Origin: Clostridia bacterium
GTDB lineage: Bacteria; Bacillota; Clostridia; Christensenellales; UBA1242
Direction of reading: 5' to 3'
Length of the DNA: 64,000 bases
Assembly (NCBI GenBank): GCA_036654655.1
Contig: JAVVRP010000003.1
Location: 30,284-94,283, forward strand
Shown here: positions 29,001 to 36,469 of the stretch, piece by piece
How positions within the stretch are numbered: the first letter of the stretch is position 1
Layout: the number at the start of each line of letters is the position of its first letter
The notes under the pieces: model-generated
Told to the model about the DNA's origin: nothing
What the model saw: the letters and a program-made list of their open reading frames with translations, nothing else
Databases searched by the model: none
Position numbers and translations under genes: made by a program

Positions 29001-29428
29001 CAATAAAAAACACTTTTTGTGATGAAAAAAATATTCCATACAAAATGTGTGGTTATTTAACAGACAATGCAGAACTTTCGCAAAAAATGGATAAAACATT
29101 ATGTGAAGAAAATTGTAAAAGTAATTTAATTCCTGTAACGCTTACGTTTGGTTCAAAAAAAATAAAGGTTGCAAAGGTTTGGAAATTTCCAAATGTGATT
29201 AACCAAAATGACTTTGGAAAACTGGCAGATTATTCAATTCAAATTGCAAGCAACGCAATAAATGAATCTTTACAGGGGTTTATTTTGCCAAGCCCTGTTT
29301 TTAAAGCCTGTAAAAATTGCACCTATAAAAATATGTGCGGATTTTGTGAAACCATTGAAAACTCTGTTAGAGAAGTTTTAAACGGCAATGTTTCCGATAT
29401 TTTGGAGGTGATGAATGAATCCAAATAA
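26090..29428 (+). CDS. addB: Helicase-nuclease AddAB, subunit B
   Basis: The 1112-aa gene sits directly upstream of addA and overlaps it by 14 nt. The RecB-type nuclease motif reads VIDYKSG. Four-Cys iron-staple candidates are YCTCPFKHF and CKNCTYKNMCGFC. The N-terminal Walker A is absent. Confidence 0.85.
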   Translation: MIDVVASQSLFSASKKAIQKIKPFVNDLKTEICVIVPDRFSLICEKTIMDVCNVSAVFNVNVMGITRLADKIVSQSQLNPIIVSKQQGILLVRKSILNVYKKFVCFKKNLSPSFCEEIFASISQLKANLISPETLKQEIKNEKALSKKLFDLATIYQEYQLQLAGRFDACEFLTLSETLLKNTQNLNNTILIFCGFDAITKQVFSFISALEKKVKQIVVAISKAKRQSNQYIYENSILDKILLLSKNNNVQVNFEDHDAEFNEFQKNILNCAFSNKRQILKNLKQQIFVSNCKTADDEVLCVAKQIKKLLMQNNKFSNISICCNLQKYNSKIERIFKQENYSYFIDNSQNFASSSLGLFIKKIFNFFIFQSKENLFEILKSNFIKIDKNIIFDYENYLLKTKINLFDNEFINISNELNIKITNLIKFNINNAQNSSFNYINNLINSEYKINLEQIKKMEIIKLNIVLKYFENIILKINEKNSINFYCEIINELFNFFEIENLLINNAIEFEKRLLLKEQKITMQLFSVMQNILQSFKIIDENISLSEFNENLKMLFEKFDISSVPVSSDSIFVGDVSASFFEERDFVFVLGANSNELPNVIADTGVISDLDQQKSSIVLEPTIQTLAKRNRFKLFEVLLKAKQAIFISHATVGDDGKNLELSNFASGLVAQFLDQNGNEFPVHETVYDTIFGSDCTAEKNAEKLAYVAMSKNEAKLFLQKVKKENGLNHVQTAITDAIKTVEPNFRQVEKLELPCKISVDAKLLFFAKNQTKISQIETYCTCPFKHFVQYGLKLCESETVDMDLKKLGIFLHAVAERFLKQNKNVDNLSINEIEGRAVKVFEEVCGEFEFFKGKCEKSFNQALKNDTISLCKAISYQIFKSDFKPEFLEVNFFDNSQIKPIQIDSFSLVGKIDRVDVCGDYFCVIDYKSGNVANKIKFSAIAMGTEIQLYIYQRAVEKSLQKHPAGDFLFPIKNTFCDEKNIPYKMCGYLTDNAELSQKMDKTLCEENCKSNLIPVTLTFGSKKIKVAKVWKFPNVINQNDFGKLADYSIQIASNAINESLQGFILPSPVFKACKNCTYKNMCGFCETIENSVREVLNGNVSDILEVMNESK

Positions 29429-32400
29429 AGAACAACAAAAGTTAATTGATGCAGAAGGAAACACAATTGTTTCTGCAAGTGCCGGTAGCGGAAAAACAAG
29501 CACAATAGTTGCAAAAATTATTAAAATATTAAAAGAAAAAAAAGCAAAAATTAATGAATTGTTGGTGCTTACTTACACCAATTCTGCAAGTGCGGAAATG
29601 AAGTCCAGGCTGGAAAAAGAATTAAGTGCAGACGAAAATTTGCAAGAAGAATTGGAAAAGTTGCAAATGTCGGACATCTGCACGTTTCATAGTTTTTGCC
29701 AAAAAATTGTTAAGCGCAATTTTTTTGTTACTGGAAAAAATCCAAATTTTGAAATAGCGTCGCAAGAAATGTGTAAACAAATGATGGGAATTTCTGCCGA
29801 CAGAGCAATTTTTAATATGGAAAATAACAGCCCCGAAGATTTGCTTTATTTAATAGAAATTTTTGGCAAAAATGAAAAGTATTTAAATATAAAAAATAAT
29901 ATATTTAAAATATTTAATTATCAAAATCAAATTTTAAATATTGATTGGCAAAAACAAACCACAGAATTGTGTTTTAATAATTTAACATGTGAAGATATTT
30001 TAAATGAAAATTTAATTAACAAAATTAACAAATATATTGGAGAGTTTAATTATTTAATTAATATTGCAAATGAAACAGATAACAAAGAATATATTATTTA
30101 TTTAAATAATTTATTATCCAATTTGTCAAAAATAACAATTAAAAACACATTTTTAATTAATTTAATTGAAATTTTTAATTTATCTTTTGATATTTTAAAA
30201 AATAATTCAACAGATCTTTATACAAAAATATTTAATGTTAGGGAAGGATTAAAAAAAAATATTGAAGAATTAAATAAAAAAAAATTATATGAAAAGGATA
30301 AAATCTTGCAATCATATTTTAATTGTAAAAAATTGACAGATATTTTATTTAATTTAAAAGACTTGTTTGCAAAGGAATATCAAAAAGAAAAAAATGTTCA
30401 CAATGTTATGGATTTTTTTGACCTAGAAAAAAACACGTTAGAAATTTTGGAAAATGATGAATTATGTTTAGAATTAAAACAGTATTACAAATATATTTTT
30501 ATTGATGAATTTCAAGACGCAAATGAAATTCAGGAAAAAATATTGCAAAAATTAGAAAATGGATTTAACAGAATTATGGTGGGAGATGTTAAACAATGCA
30601 TATATGCTTTCAGGCAATCTAACCCGCAAATATTTTTGGATAAAATGAATGAATTTGAAAATAAGCCCAATTCACAAGTAATTTGCTTAAAACAAAATTT
30701 TAGAAGCCATCAGCATATTTTGGAATTTGTTAACAAAACTTTTTCGGCAATAATGACGGAACAAACAACGGGAATAAATTACAAAAATTTTTCACTTATG
30801 GAATGCGGAGAAAAATTTTTGGAAGCGGATTTATCACCCAAAGTGCAAATAAATTTAATTGAAGAATTTTTGGAAAAAGCAAATAAATTAAACAAAGTTT
30901 ATTCTGTTATGGATGCAACAAATGTAAAAAGGATTTCATCTGCGGAAAAAGAAGCAATGCTTGTTGCCCAACGAATTTTAAGTTTGGTTGGCTCAAAGAT
31001 ATATGATGCTAAAAATAAAAATTTTAGGGAACTTAAATTTTGTGATTTTTGTGTGCTAATGCGAAAGCGCGGTCCGTTTTTTGAAAAATTTATTTCAAAA
31101 CTTGCAAGTTTGGGAATTCCTACTGCGGGTTCAACTTCAAACAAACTTTTTGAAGAAGACGAATGTGCGGTGCTTATAAATTTGCTTATGCTAGCGTCAA
31201 ACCCAAACAATGATCTTGCACTTGCCACAGTGCTTTTAAGGCTGTGCAACTTTAATGTGGATGAACTAGCACAAATTAGATTGGCATTTATGGGTGAGCG
31301 TTTTTTCTTTTCTGCATGCAAAAAATATTCATGTGAAAAAGCAGACAACATTTCAAAAAAACTTATTGATTTTTATTCTTTTATTAATGAGTTTAGATTT
31401 AGAACTTTGGAAATTAATATTTATTCTGCATTGTTATTTGCAAATGAGCAAAAACAAATTATTAACAAGTTTTTGGCATATGACAATGGTGAAATAAAAA
31501 TGCAAAATATAGAAAGTTTTTTTAATTATTTTGCAAATAATGATATAACATTAACAGAATTTTTAAATAATTTTGAAGTGCTTTCGCCAACGTCACCTAA
31601 CTTTTGTTCAGATTCAAATGTTGTTGTTGTGTCCACAATGCATTCTAGCAAAGGCTTGGAATTTCCAGTGGTTTTTTTGTGCAATTTAGAGGCAGAATTT
31701 TACACAGATGACCATTCTCGTGAAATAAGGCTTAGTAAAGTGCTTGGGCTTGTAACGCAAGATTTTGACATGTTAACAAAAACAAAATCAACATCAATAT
31801 TTTATGAGGCGTCCAAAATATTGCAAAATAAAGAAGAGTACGCAGAGCGCGTCAGGCTTTTATATGTTGCGTTTACGCGCGCAATAAATAGGCTAGAACT
31901 TGTTGGAACCTTAAATTTTGATGGCATAAAAAAAGTTAAAATTGAAACGCCAAAATCATATACTGATATGATTCTTTCTGCATTTTCTTATGAGGAACTA
32001 GAAAACATTCAAAATAAAATTGATTTTAAAACAAATTGTTTTGAGGTTAATATAACAAAAAATAATGATTTTGATTTTAAAAATATTTCAAAAGTTGCCA
32101 ACAATGGTTATCAATATGTGGATAACTCAGAATTAATTAAAACTTTAAAATTTGAATATCCATTTAAAGATAGCACAAAGGTTGCATATAAAAATTCAGT
32201 TTCGGCGCTTGTAAGTGAAGATTATTTTTCCAACAAAAATTATATCCCAAAAACACTAACAACCATTGAACATTTGCAAAATATTGAAAAAAGTGATGTT
32301 GGAATTGCGTATCATAAAATATTTGAAATTTGTAATTTTGAAAAAACAAATTCAATTGAAGATGTTGATAAACTGTTAAAAAATCTTGAAGAAAGTAATG

Positions 32401-32780
32401 TTTTTCCAAAATTAATAATTTCTCAAATTTCTGCTCAAAAAGTGTGGAAAGTTGTTGAACTTTGCAAGCCAATTATTTGTGGAAAAAAGTTTTTTAAAGA
32501 AAAAAAATTTATTTTAAAAGTTTTGCACAATTCTGTTGTTGAAAATGGTGTTGCTGACCAGGTTTTAATTCAAGGCATAATTGATCTTTTTGTGTTTGAT
32601 AAAACAATTACTTTAATTGATTACAAATTAACCAATTTAAGTGAGGAGTTAATAATTGAAAAATACAAAAAGCAAATTGAATTATATAAAATTGCGTTGG
32701 AAGGCGCGTTTTGCAAAAAAGTTGAAAACGCTTTTGTTGTTGATATTAACAAAGGTAAATTAATTAAGTTTAATTTATAA
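29415..32780 (+). CDS. addA: ATP-dependent helicase/nuclease AddAB, subunit A
   Basis: UvrD-type motifs are present: VSASAGSGKTSTIV, FIDEFQD, TMHSSKGLEFPVVF, LLYVAFTRA. The C-terminal nuclease motif reads GIIDLF...LIDYK. Confidence 0.92.
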   Translation: MNPNKEQQKLIDAEGNTIVSASAGSGKTSTIVAKIIKILKEKKAKINELLVLTYTNSASAEMKSRLEKELSADENLQEELEKLQMSDICTFHSFCQKIVKRNFFVTGKNPNFEIASQEMCKQMMGISADRAIFNMENNSPEDLLYLIEIFGKNEKYLNIKNNIFKIFNYQNQILNIDWQKQTTELCFNNLTCEDILNENLINKINKYIGEFNYLINIANETDNKEYIIYLNNLLSNLSKITIKNTFLINLIEIFNLSFDILKNNSTDLYTKIFNVREGLKKNIEELNKKKLYEKDKILQSYFNCKKLTDILFNLKDLFAKEYQKEKNVHNVMDFFDLEKNTLEILENDELCLELKQYYKYIFIDEFQDANEIQEKILQKLENGFNRIMVGDVKQCIYAFRQSNPQIFLDKMNEFENKPNSQVICLKQNFRSHQHILEFVNKTFSAIMTEQTTGINYKNFSLMECGEKFLEADLSPKVQINLIEEFLEKANKLNKVYSVMDATNVKRISSAEKEAMLVAQRILSLVGSKIYDAKNKNFRELKFCDFCVLMRKRGPFFEKFISKLASLGIPTAGSTSNKLFEEDECAVLINLLMLASNPNNDLALATVLLRLCNFNVDELAQIRLAFMGERFFFSACKKYSCEKADNISKKLIDFYSFINEFRFRTLEINIYSALLFANEQKQIINKFLAYDNGEIKMQNIESFFNYFANNDITLTEFLNNFEVLSPTSPNFCSDSNVVVVSTMHSSKGLEFPVVFLCNLEAEFYTDDHSREIRLSKVLGLVTQDFDMLTKTKSTSIFYEASKILQNKEEYAERVRLLYVAFTRAINRLELVGTLNFDGIKKVKIETPKSYTDMILSAFSYEELENIQNKIDFKTNCFEVNITKNNDFDFKNISKVANNGYQYVDNSELIKTLKFEYPFKDSTKVAYKNSVSALVSEDYFSNKNYIPKTLTTIEHLQNIEKSDVGIAYHKIFEICNFEKTNSIEDVDKLLKNLEESNVFPKLIISQISAQKVWKVVELCKPIICGKKFFKEKKFILKVLHNSVVENGVADQVLIQGIIDLFVFDKTITLIDYKLTNLSEELIIEKYKKQIELYKIALEGAFCKKVENAFVVDINKGKLIKFNL

Positions 32781-33014
32781 TAATTAAATTGTTATAGTAT
32801 ATTTATGCATAAAAAACACATAATAAAACAAATATTATTAACATAAATCCGTTTGGTTATGCGTTTTTAATAATTTTAATTACAATTAAATTTATTATGT
32901 TGCAAAATTAATTAAAAAATATTAAAAATAATTAAAATATATGTTAAATTATTAGTTAATTATTTTTAGTTGTGATATAATAAAGAATAAATTAATATCA
33001 AAAGGGGAATGTAA

Positions 33015-35606
33015 ATGGAAATTATAAACAGTATTGTCAGTTTTATTTCTGGGCTTGCAATCACGGCAGATGTGCTTTTTTTGTGCTGTGCAGGCGTGGA
33101 AGTGCTGATGATTATTTTCTTTTTAATAAAAGCGCGATTTGATTATGAAGGCAGATTAAATCGTTCGTTAGACATGTTAAACATGTGGCTTTATAATAAT
33201 CAAACAATAAACACAAATAATTTAATTGAATTTAATTTAAAAATAAAGTCTTGCCCAAAGTTGCTTAGATATCACTGGCAGCAGTTTATGCTTTATCGTG
33301 AGCATGATCCCAGTTATTACATATCGGCATACAATTGTATTGAAAAGCCATTGCATACAAGCAGTTATGTTGCAAACGAAAAAAATATTTCACTAATAAC
33401 ACGTATTCTTGCATTTTTTGCATTTACATTTGGATGCTTGGCAATTGGCGATATTAGAATAGAAACACTTGTTAGCCCTTTTATTATTTTGTTTCTTGGA
33501 ATGATGTTTGTAATGATTTTAAGAAACGTTCAAAGTTTTACTCTTAGCAGTTTGTACCAATCTTTTCATATTTTTCAAAGATATTTGGACAAGGCTTCAA
33601 CATCAATGCCAGAATATGTTGACTTTGAAGTTTTATTTACCAAAAAGGAAATTCAAAAAGGTATTCCAGTTTTAAATGAATATCTTGAAAAACGTGCACG
33701 TCAGGAACAAGAAGAACTAGAAAAAGCCAGAATTAACGCAGTTGAACACGAAAAATTTAATTTTGGTGAAAGTGGGATTGAAGGGACTTTAATGTTGGAC
33801 CGCGCAATGAAAGAAACGGAAGTATATCTTAACATACGCCAAAGGACACTTGCAGAAATTCAACAATTAGATAGTGAAATCGAAAGTAACAAACGAAATT
33901 ACGAAAATGTTTCAAAAGATTATCAGCGAAAACTTCAAGCCAGCAAAGAAACGGTTGAAAGATTTAGAAAACAACAAGAAGAAATTACAAACAGAATTGA
34001 TAGCAATTACATAAAAAAGCAATTAGGAACAGAAATACAAAAGCAAGAACAACTGGAAAAAGATCAAGAAAGTGCAACACTTAGATTTAATCAAGAAGTA
34101 AAATCGCTTGGCGAGGAAATTTTAAAGCGAAGAAAAGATCTTGAAGAAAGGCGATTGTTTGTTGAAAAAGCCATGTTATCCGAGTATCAAAGTTTTAGTG
34201 GAAAAGTTTTTGACAAAATAAGTGATGAAATTGAAGATAAAACCAAGGAAGAGCGAGATGTTCTTCTTGCCGAACGTGACGAAATTTCAAACGAACTTGA
34301 CAACGCAAACTTAATAATAAAAAGTAAAGAAAAAGACATTGCGGAACTTCGTTCAATTCTTGAAAAATATGGAATAGACGAGGGTGCACATGGTGGATTT
34401 TATAGCACAGAGTTAAAAGACGAGCAGGAAAAAGTTAGGCTCTCAAAACAAAACAAAAAGAAAAAAAAGTTAAAAGATAACCAGGAATTAATTTCTGAGG
34501 AAGAATCAATTCAGCAACAATATCCTCAAAGCAATCAATTTGAGCAAAATCAAATTGACACACCCATGAATGAGCAATCAGAAGAAGGCTATTATGATGA
34601 GCAGGGATATTATCGTTATCCAAATGGCGCATATTATGACCCAGACGGTAATTATTATGATGAATTTGGTGGTCATTATGACAAAGAAAACAATTACTAT
34701 GATGCAGAAGGTGGTTTTTTTGATAGCCAAGGCAATTACACTGCACCAGAGCATCCAACAGAATTAACAGACGTTCAAAAAACCGAAGATGGTGATGTTG
34801 AAAACATGCTTGCCCAAATAAGACAACAAAATTTGGAAGAAAAAGAAAAGCAAGCGACAAAAGAATTGGACACAACAGATGCAGAAAAAATGTTTAAAGA
34901 GCAAATGCAAAAAGCAATTCAAAACGAGCAAAAATCAGATGGAACAAAAGATATAGAATCAGAAGAAGACATTTCAAACCCATTTGAAACTAATAATGAT
35001 TTGTATGACACGGATGAACAGCCAGAAACGGTTGAATTTGTACAAGAAGAACCTTTTAAAACACAAGAGCAACCAAAGCGAAAGGCGGGCAGGCCACGAA
35101 AGGTTGAAAAAGTTGAAGAAGAGGTTGTTACAGCACCTGCCCCAAAGCATGCGGGCAGGCCCAAAAAAGTGGTTTTTGAAGAACCGCCAGTTATAAAAAG
35201 CAAACAAGAAACAATTACAGAGCAACCAAAGCGAAAAGCGGGCAGACCACGAAAGGTTGAAAAAGTTGAAGAAGAGGTTGTTACACCTGCCCCAAAGCGT
35301 GCGGGCAGACCTCCAAAAGTTAAAAATGAATTTAATTATAAAAATAATCAAGAAGAGCCTGCAAAGCGAAAAGTTGGCAGACCAAAAAAGGCAGAGCAAA
35401 TCATTTTTGAAAGCAAAAAGCGTGGACCGGGCAGACCTCCAAAATCACAAAGTAAAAGTTCTTTTAATTCATTAAACAAAACTTCAAATGAAGATCTTGC
35501 AATAATTGCAAAATTATTAAGAGAAGAAGAAATAAAACTGTCTAAATCAAAGCAGGACTTAAACAGCCGAATAAATTCTGCGTTAGAAAAACTTAAAAAA
35601 GGATAA
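33015..35606 (+). CDS. Membrane-anchored coiled-coil protein with YYD repeats and six AT-hook (GRP) motifs
   Basis: An SD AAAGGGGAA is present. The N-terminal part (about 180 aa) has about three hydrophobic helices. It is followed by about 270 aa of heptad-rich E/K/Q sequence, a G-x-YYD repeat block, and then KRKAGRPRKV, KHAGRPKKV, KRKAGRPRKV, KRAGRPPKV, KRKVGRPKKA and RGPGRPPKS. Confidence 0.7.
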   Translation: MEIINSIVSFISGLAITADVLFLCCAGVEVLMIIFFLIKARFDYEGRLNRSLDMLNMWLYNNQTINTNNLIEFNLKIKSCPKLLRYHWQQFMLYREHDPSYYISAYNCIEKPLHTSSYVANEKNISLITRILAFFAFTFGCLAIGDIRIETLVSPFIILFLGMMFVMILRNVQSFTLSSLYQSFHIFQRYLDKASTSMPEYVDFEVLFTKKEIQKGIPVLNEYLEKRARQEQEELEKARINAVEHEKFNFGESGIEGTLMLDRAMKETEVYLNIRQRTLAEIQQLDSEIESNKRNYENVSKDYQRKLQASKETVERFRKQQEEITNRIDSNYIKKQLGTEIQKQEQLEKDQESATLRFNQEVKSLGEEILKRRKDLEERRLFVEKAMLSEYQSFSGKVFDKISDEIEDKTKEERDVLLAERDEISNELDNANLIIKSKEKDIAELRSILEKYGIDEGAHGGFYSTELKDEQEKVRLSKQNKKKKKLKDNQELISEEESIQQQYPQSNQFEQNQIDTPMNEQSEEGYYDEQGYYRYPNGAYYDPDGNYYDEFGGHYDKENNYYDAEGGFFDSQGNYTAPEHPTELTDVQKTEDGDVENMLAQIRQQNLEEKEKQATKELDTTDAEKMFKEQMQKAIQNEQKSDGTKDIESEEDISNPFETNNDLYDTDEQPETVEFVQEEPFKTQEQPKRKAGRPRKVEKVEEEVVTAPAPKHAGRPKKVVFEEPPVIKSKQETITEQPKRKAGRPRKVEKVEEEVVTPAPKRAGRPPKVKNEFNYKNNQEEPAKRKVGRPKKAEQIIFESKKRGPGRPPKSQSKSSFNSLNKTSNEDLAIIAKLLREEEIKLSKSKQDLNSRINSALEKLKKG
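34587..34752 (+). repeat. Degenerate approx. 8-codon G-x-Y-Y-D repeats (coding)
   Basis: The region reads GYYDEQ GYYRYPN GAYYDPD GNYYDEF GGHYDKEN NYYDAE GGFFDSQ GNYTAPE. The nucleotide motif TATTATGA recurs. Confidence 0.75.
35067..35312 (+). repeat. Direct repeat, about 95 nt x2, period 153 nt (51 codons), encoding paired AT-hooks
   Basis: 35067-35162 and 35220-35312 are near-identical: GAGCAACCAAAGCGAAA(G/A)GCGGGCAG(G/A)CCACGAAAGGTTGAAAAAGTTGAAGAAGAGGTTGTTACA(GCA)CCTGCCCCAAAGC(A/G)TGCGGGCAG(G/A)CC. Confidence 0.85.
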
Positions 35607-35625
35607 TCGCAAAAAAACTTTAAAA

Positions 35626-35657
35626 AGCAAAGCATAAAAATGTTTTGCTTTTTTTTG
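35626..35657 (+). terminator. Intrinsic terminator after the AT-hook protein gene
   Basis: Stem AGCAAAGCA / TGTTTTGCT (one G-U pair) has loop TAAAAA and is followed by a T8 run. Confidence 0.6.
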
Positions 35658-35697
35658 CTTGTTTTGCTACAATATAGTTGATGGGTTGGAGGTTAGC

Positions 35698-36387
35698 ATG
35701 AGTTCATTGGTTTCATATTTAATTATTTGCTCAATAACGGTAATTTTGTGTGCAATGTTTGTAATTTGGCAAACACCCAAAATGATGCTGTTTTCGCAAG
35801 TTTTTAAAGGACTGGCAAGTTTTTCATTTGTTACTCTTGGCTTGTTTTCAATATATTTTAATGGGCAGTATAACATAGGATTTGTTTTTTTTGCACTGGG
35901 GCTTATTGCAAGTTGTTTTGGAGATGTGTTTTTGGCACAAGTGGATAGCCCAAGTTTTGGCAAACAAAAAGTTATTTTTTCTGGCATGTTGGCGTTTTCC
36001 GTTGCACAAATAATGTATTACGTTGCAATGATTGTGTTTTATGGTTTTGCTTGGTGGGCAGTTGTTGTTGGAATTATTGTTGCTGTTGGAGTTGTTTTTG
36101 GAGAAAAACTTTTAAAATTAAATTATGGAAAAGTTAAGCCAATGGTTGCAGTTTATTCGTTTTTATTAATTGTTAATGTTGCACAAAGTTTGTTTTGTGT
36201 GATAAAAACTGCCGGCGCAATTTCTACATGGCTTTTGTTTATCGGGTATGTTATGTTTTTTATTTCGGATCTTATTTTGTCATTTATTTATTTTTCAGCA
36301 AAACCATCACAAAAGTTAACGTTTGCAAATTTGGGGGCATATTATCTTGCTCAAATTTTAATTGCAGGCGCCTTGATGTTTATTTAA
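35698..36387 (+). CDS. YhhN-family (lysoplasmalogenase-like) membrane protein
   Basis: ATG 35698 lies 5 nt after SD GGAGG (the track start 35659 is upstream of the SD). The product is polytopic, with YhhN-like segments FKGLASFSFV, LGLIASCFGDVFL and FFISDLILS. Confidence 0.55.
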   Translation: MSSLVSYLIICSITVILCAMFVIWQTPKMMLFSQVFKGLASFSFVTLGLFSIYFNGQYNIGFVFFALGLIASCFGDVFLAQVDSPSFGKQKVIFSGMLAFSVAQIMYYVAMIVFYGFAWWAVVVGIIVAVGVVFGEKLLKLNYGKVKPMVAVYSFLLIVNVAQSLFCVIKTAGAISTWLLFIGYVMFFISDLILSFIYFSAKPSQKLTFANLGAYYLAQILIAGALMFI

Positions 36388-36469
36388 AAACATTTTGTCA
36401 ATAATAAAAAAAAATAAAATAAAAAAGCAAAAAAAAGAGATACTAAGGTAAAGTATTACAGGAGTACAA

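Noticed and set aside
33015-33600. The idea that the 863-aa protein is a ZorA/MotA/ExbB-like stator with a long coiled-coil tail (Zorya-type defence). It has a similar TM1, large loop, TM2-TM3 topology plus a long helical tail.
   Set aside because: I could not find the conserved stator TM motifs. There is no MotB/ZorB-like partner or any ZorC/D-like gene nearby, since the next gene is a YhhN membrane protein. The topology resemblance alone is insufficient.
34435-35635. Cluster of minus-strand and alternative-frame ORFs (34435..34875 -, 34919..35203 -, 34974..35399 -, 35348..35635 -, 34984..35196 +, 35257..35475 +) in the 3' half of the AT-hook gene.
   Set aside because: Repetitive, purine-rich coding sequence keeps several frames open. 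The + frame of 33015..35606 is the only one continuous with a start, an SD and a terminator.
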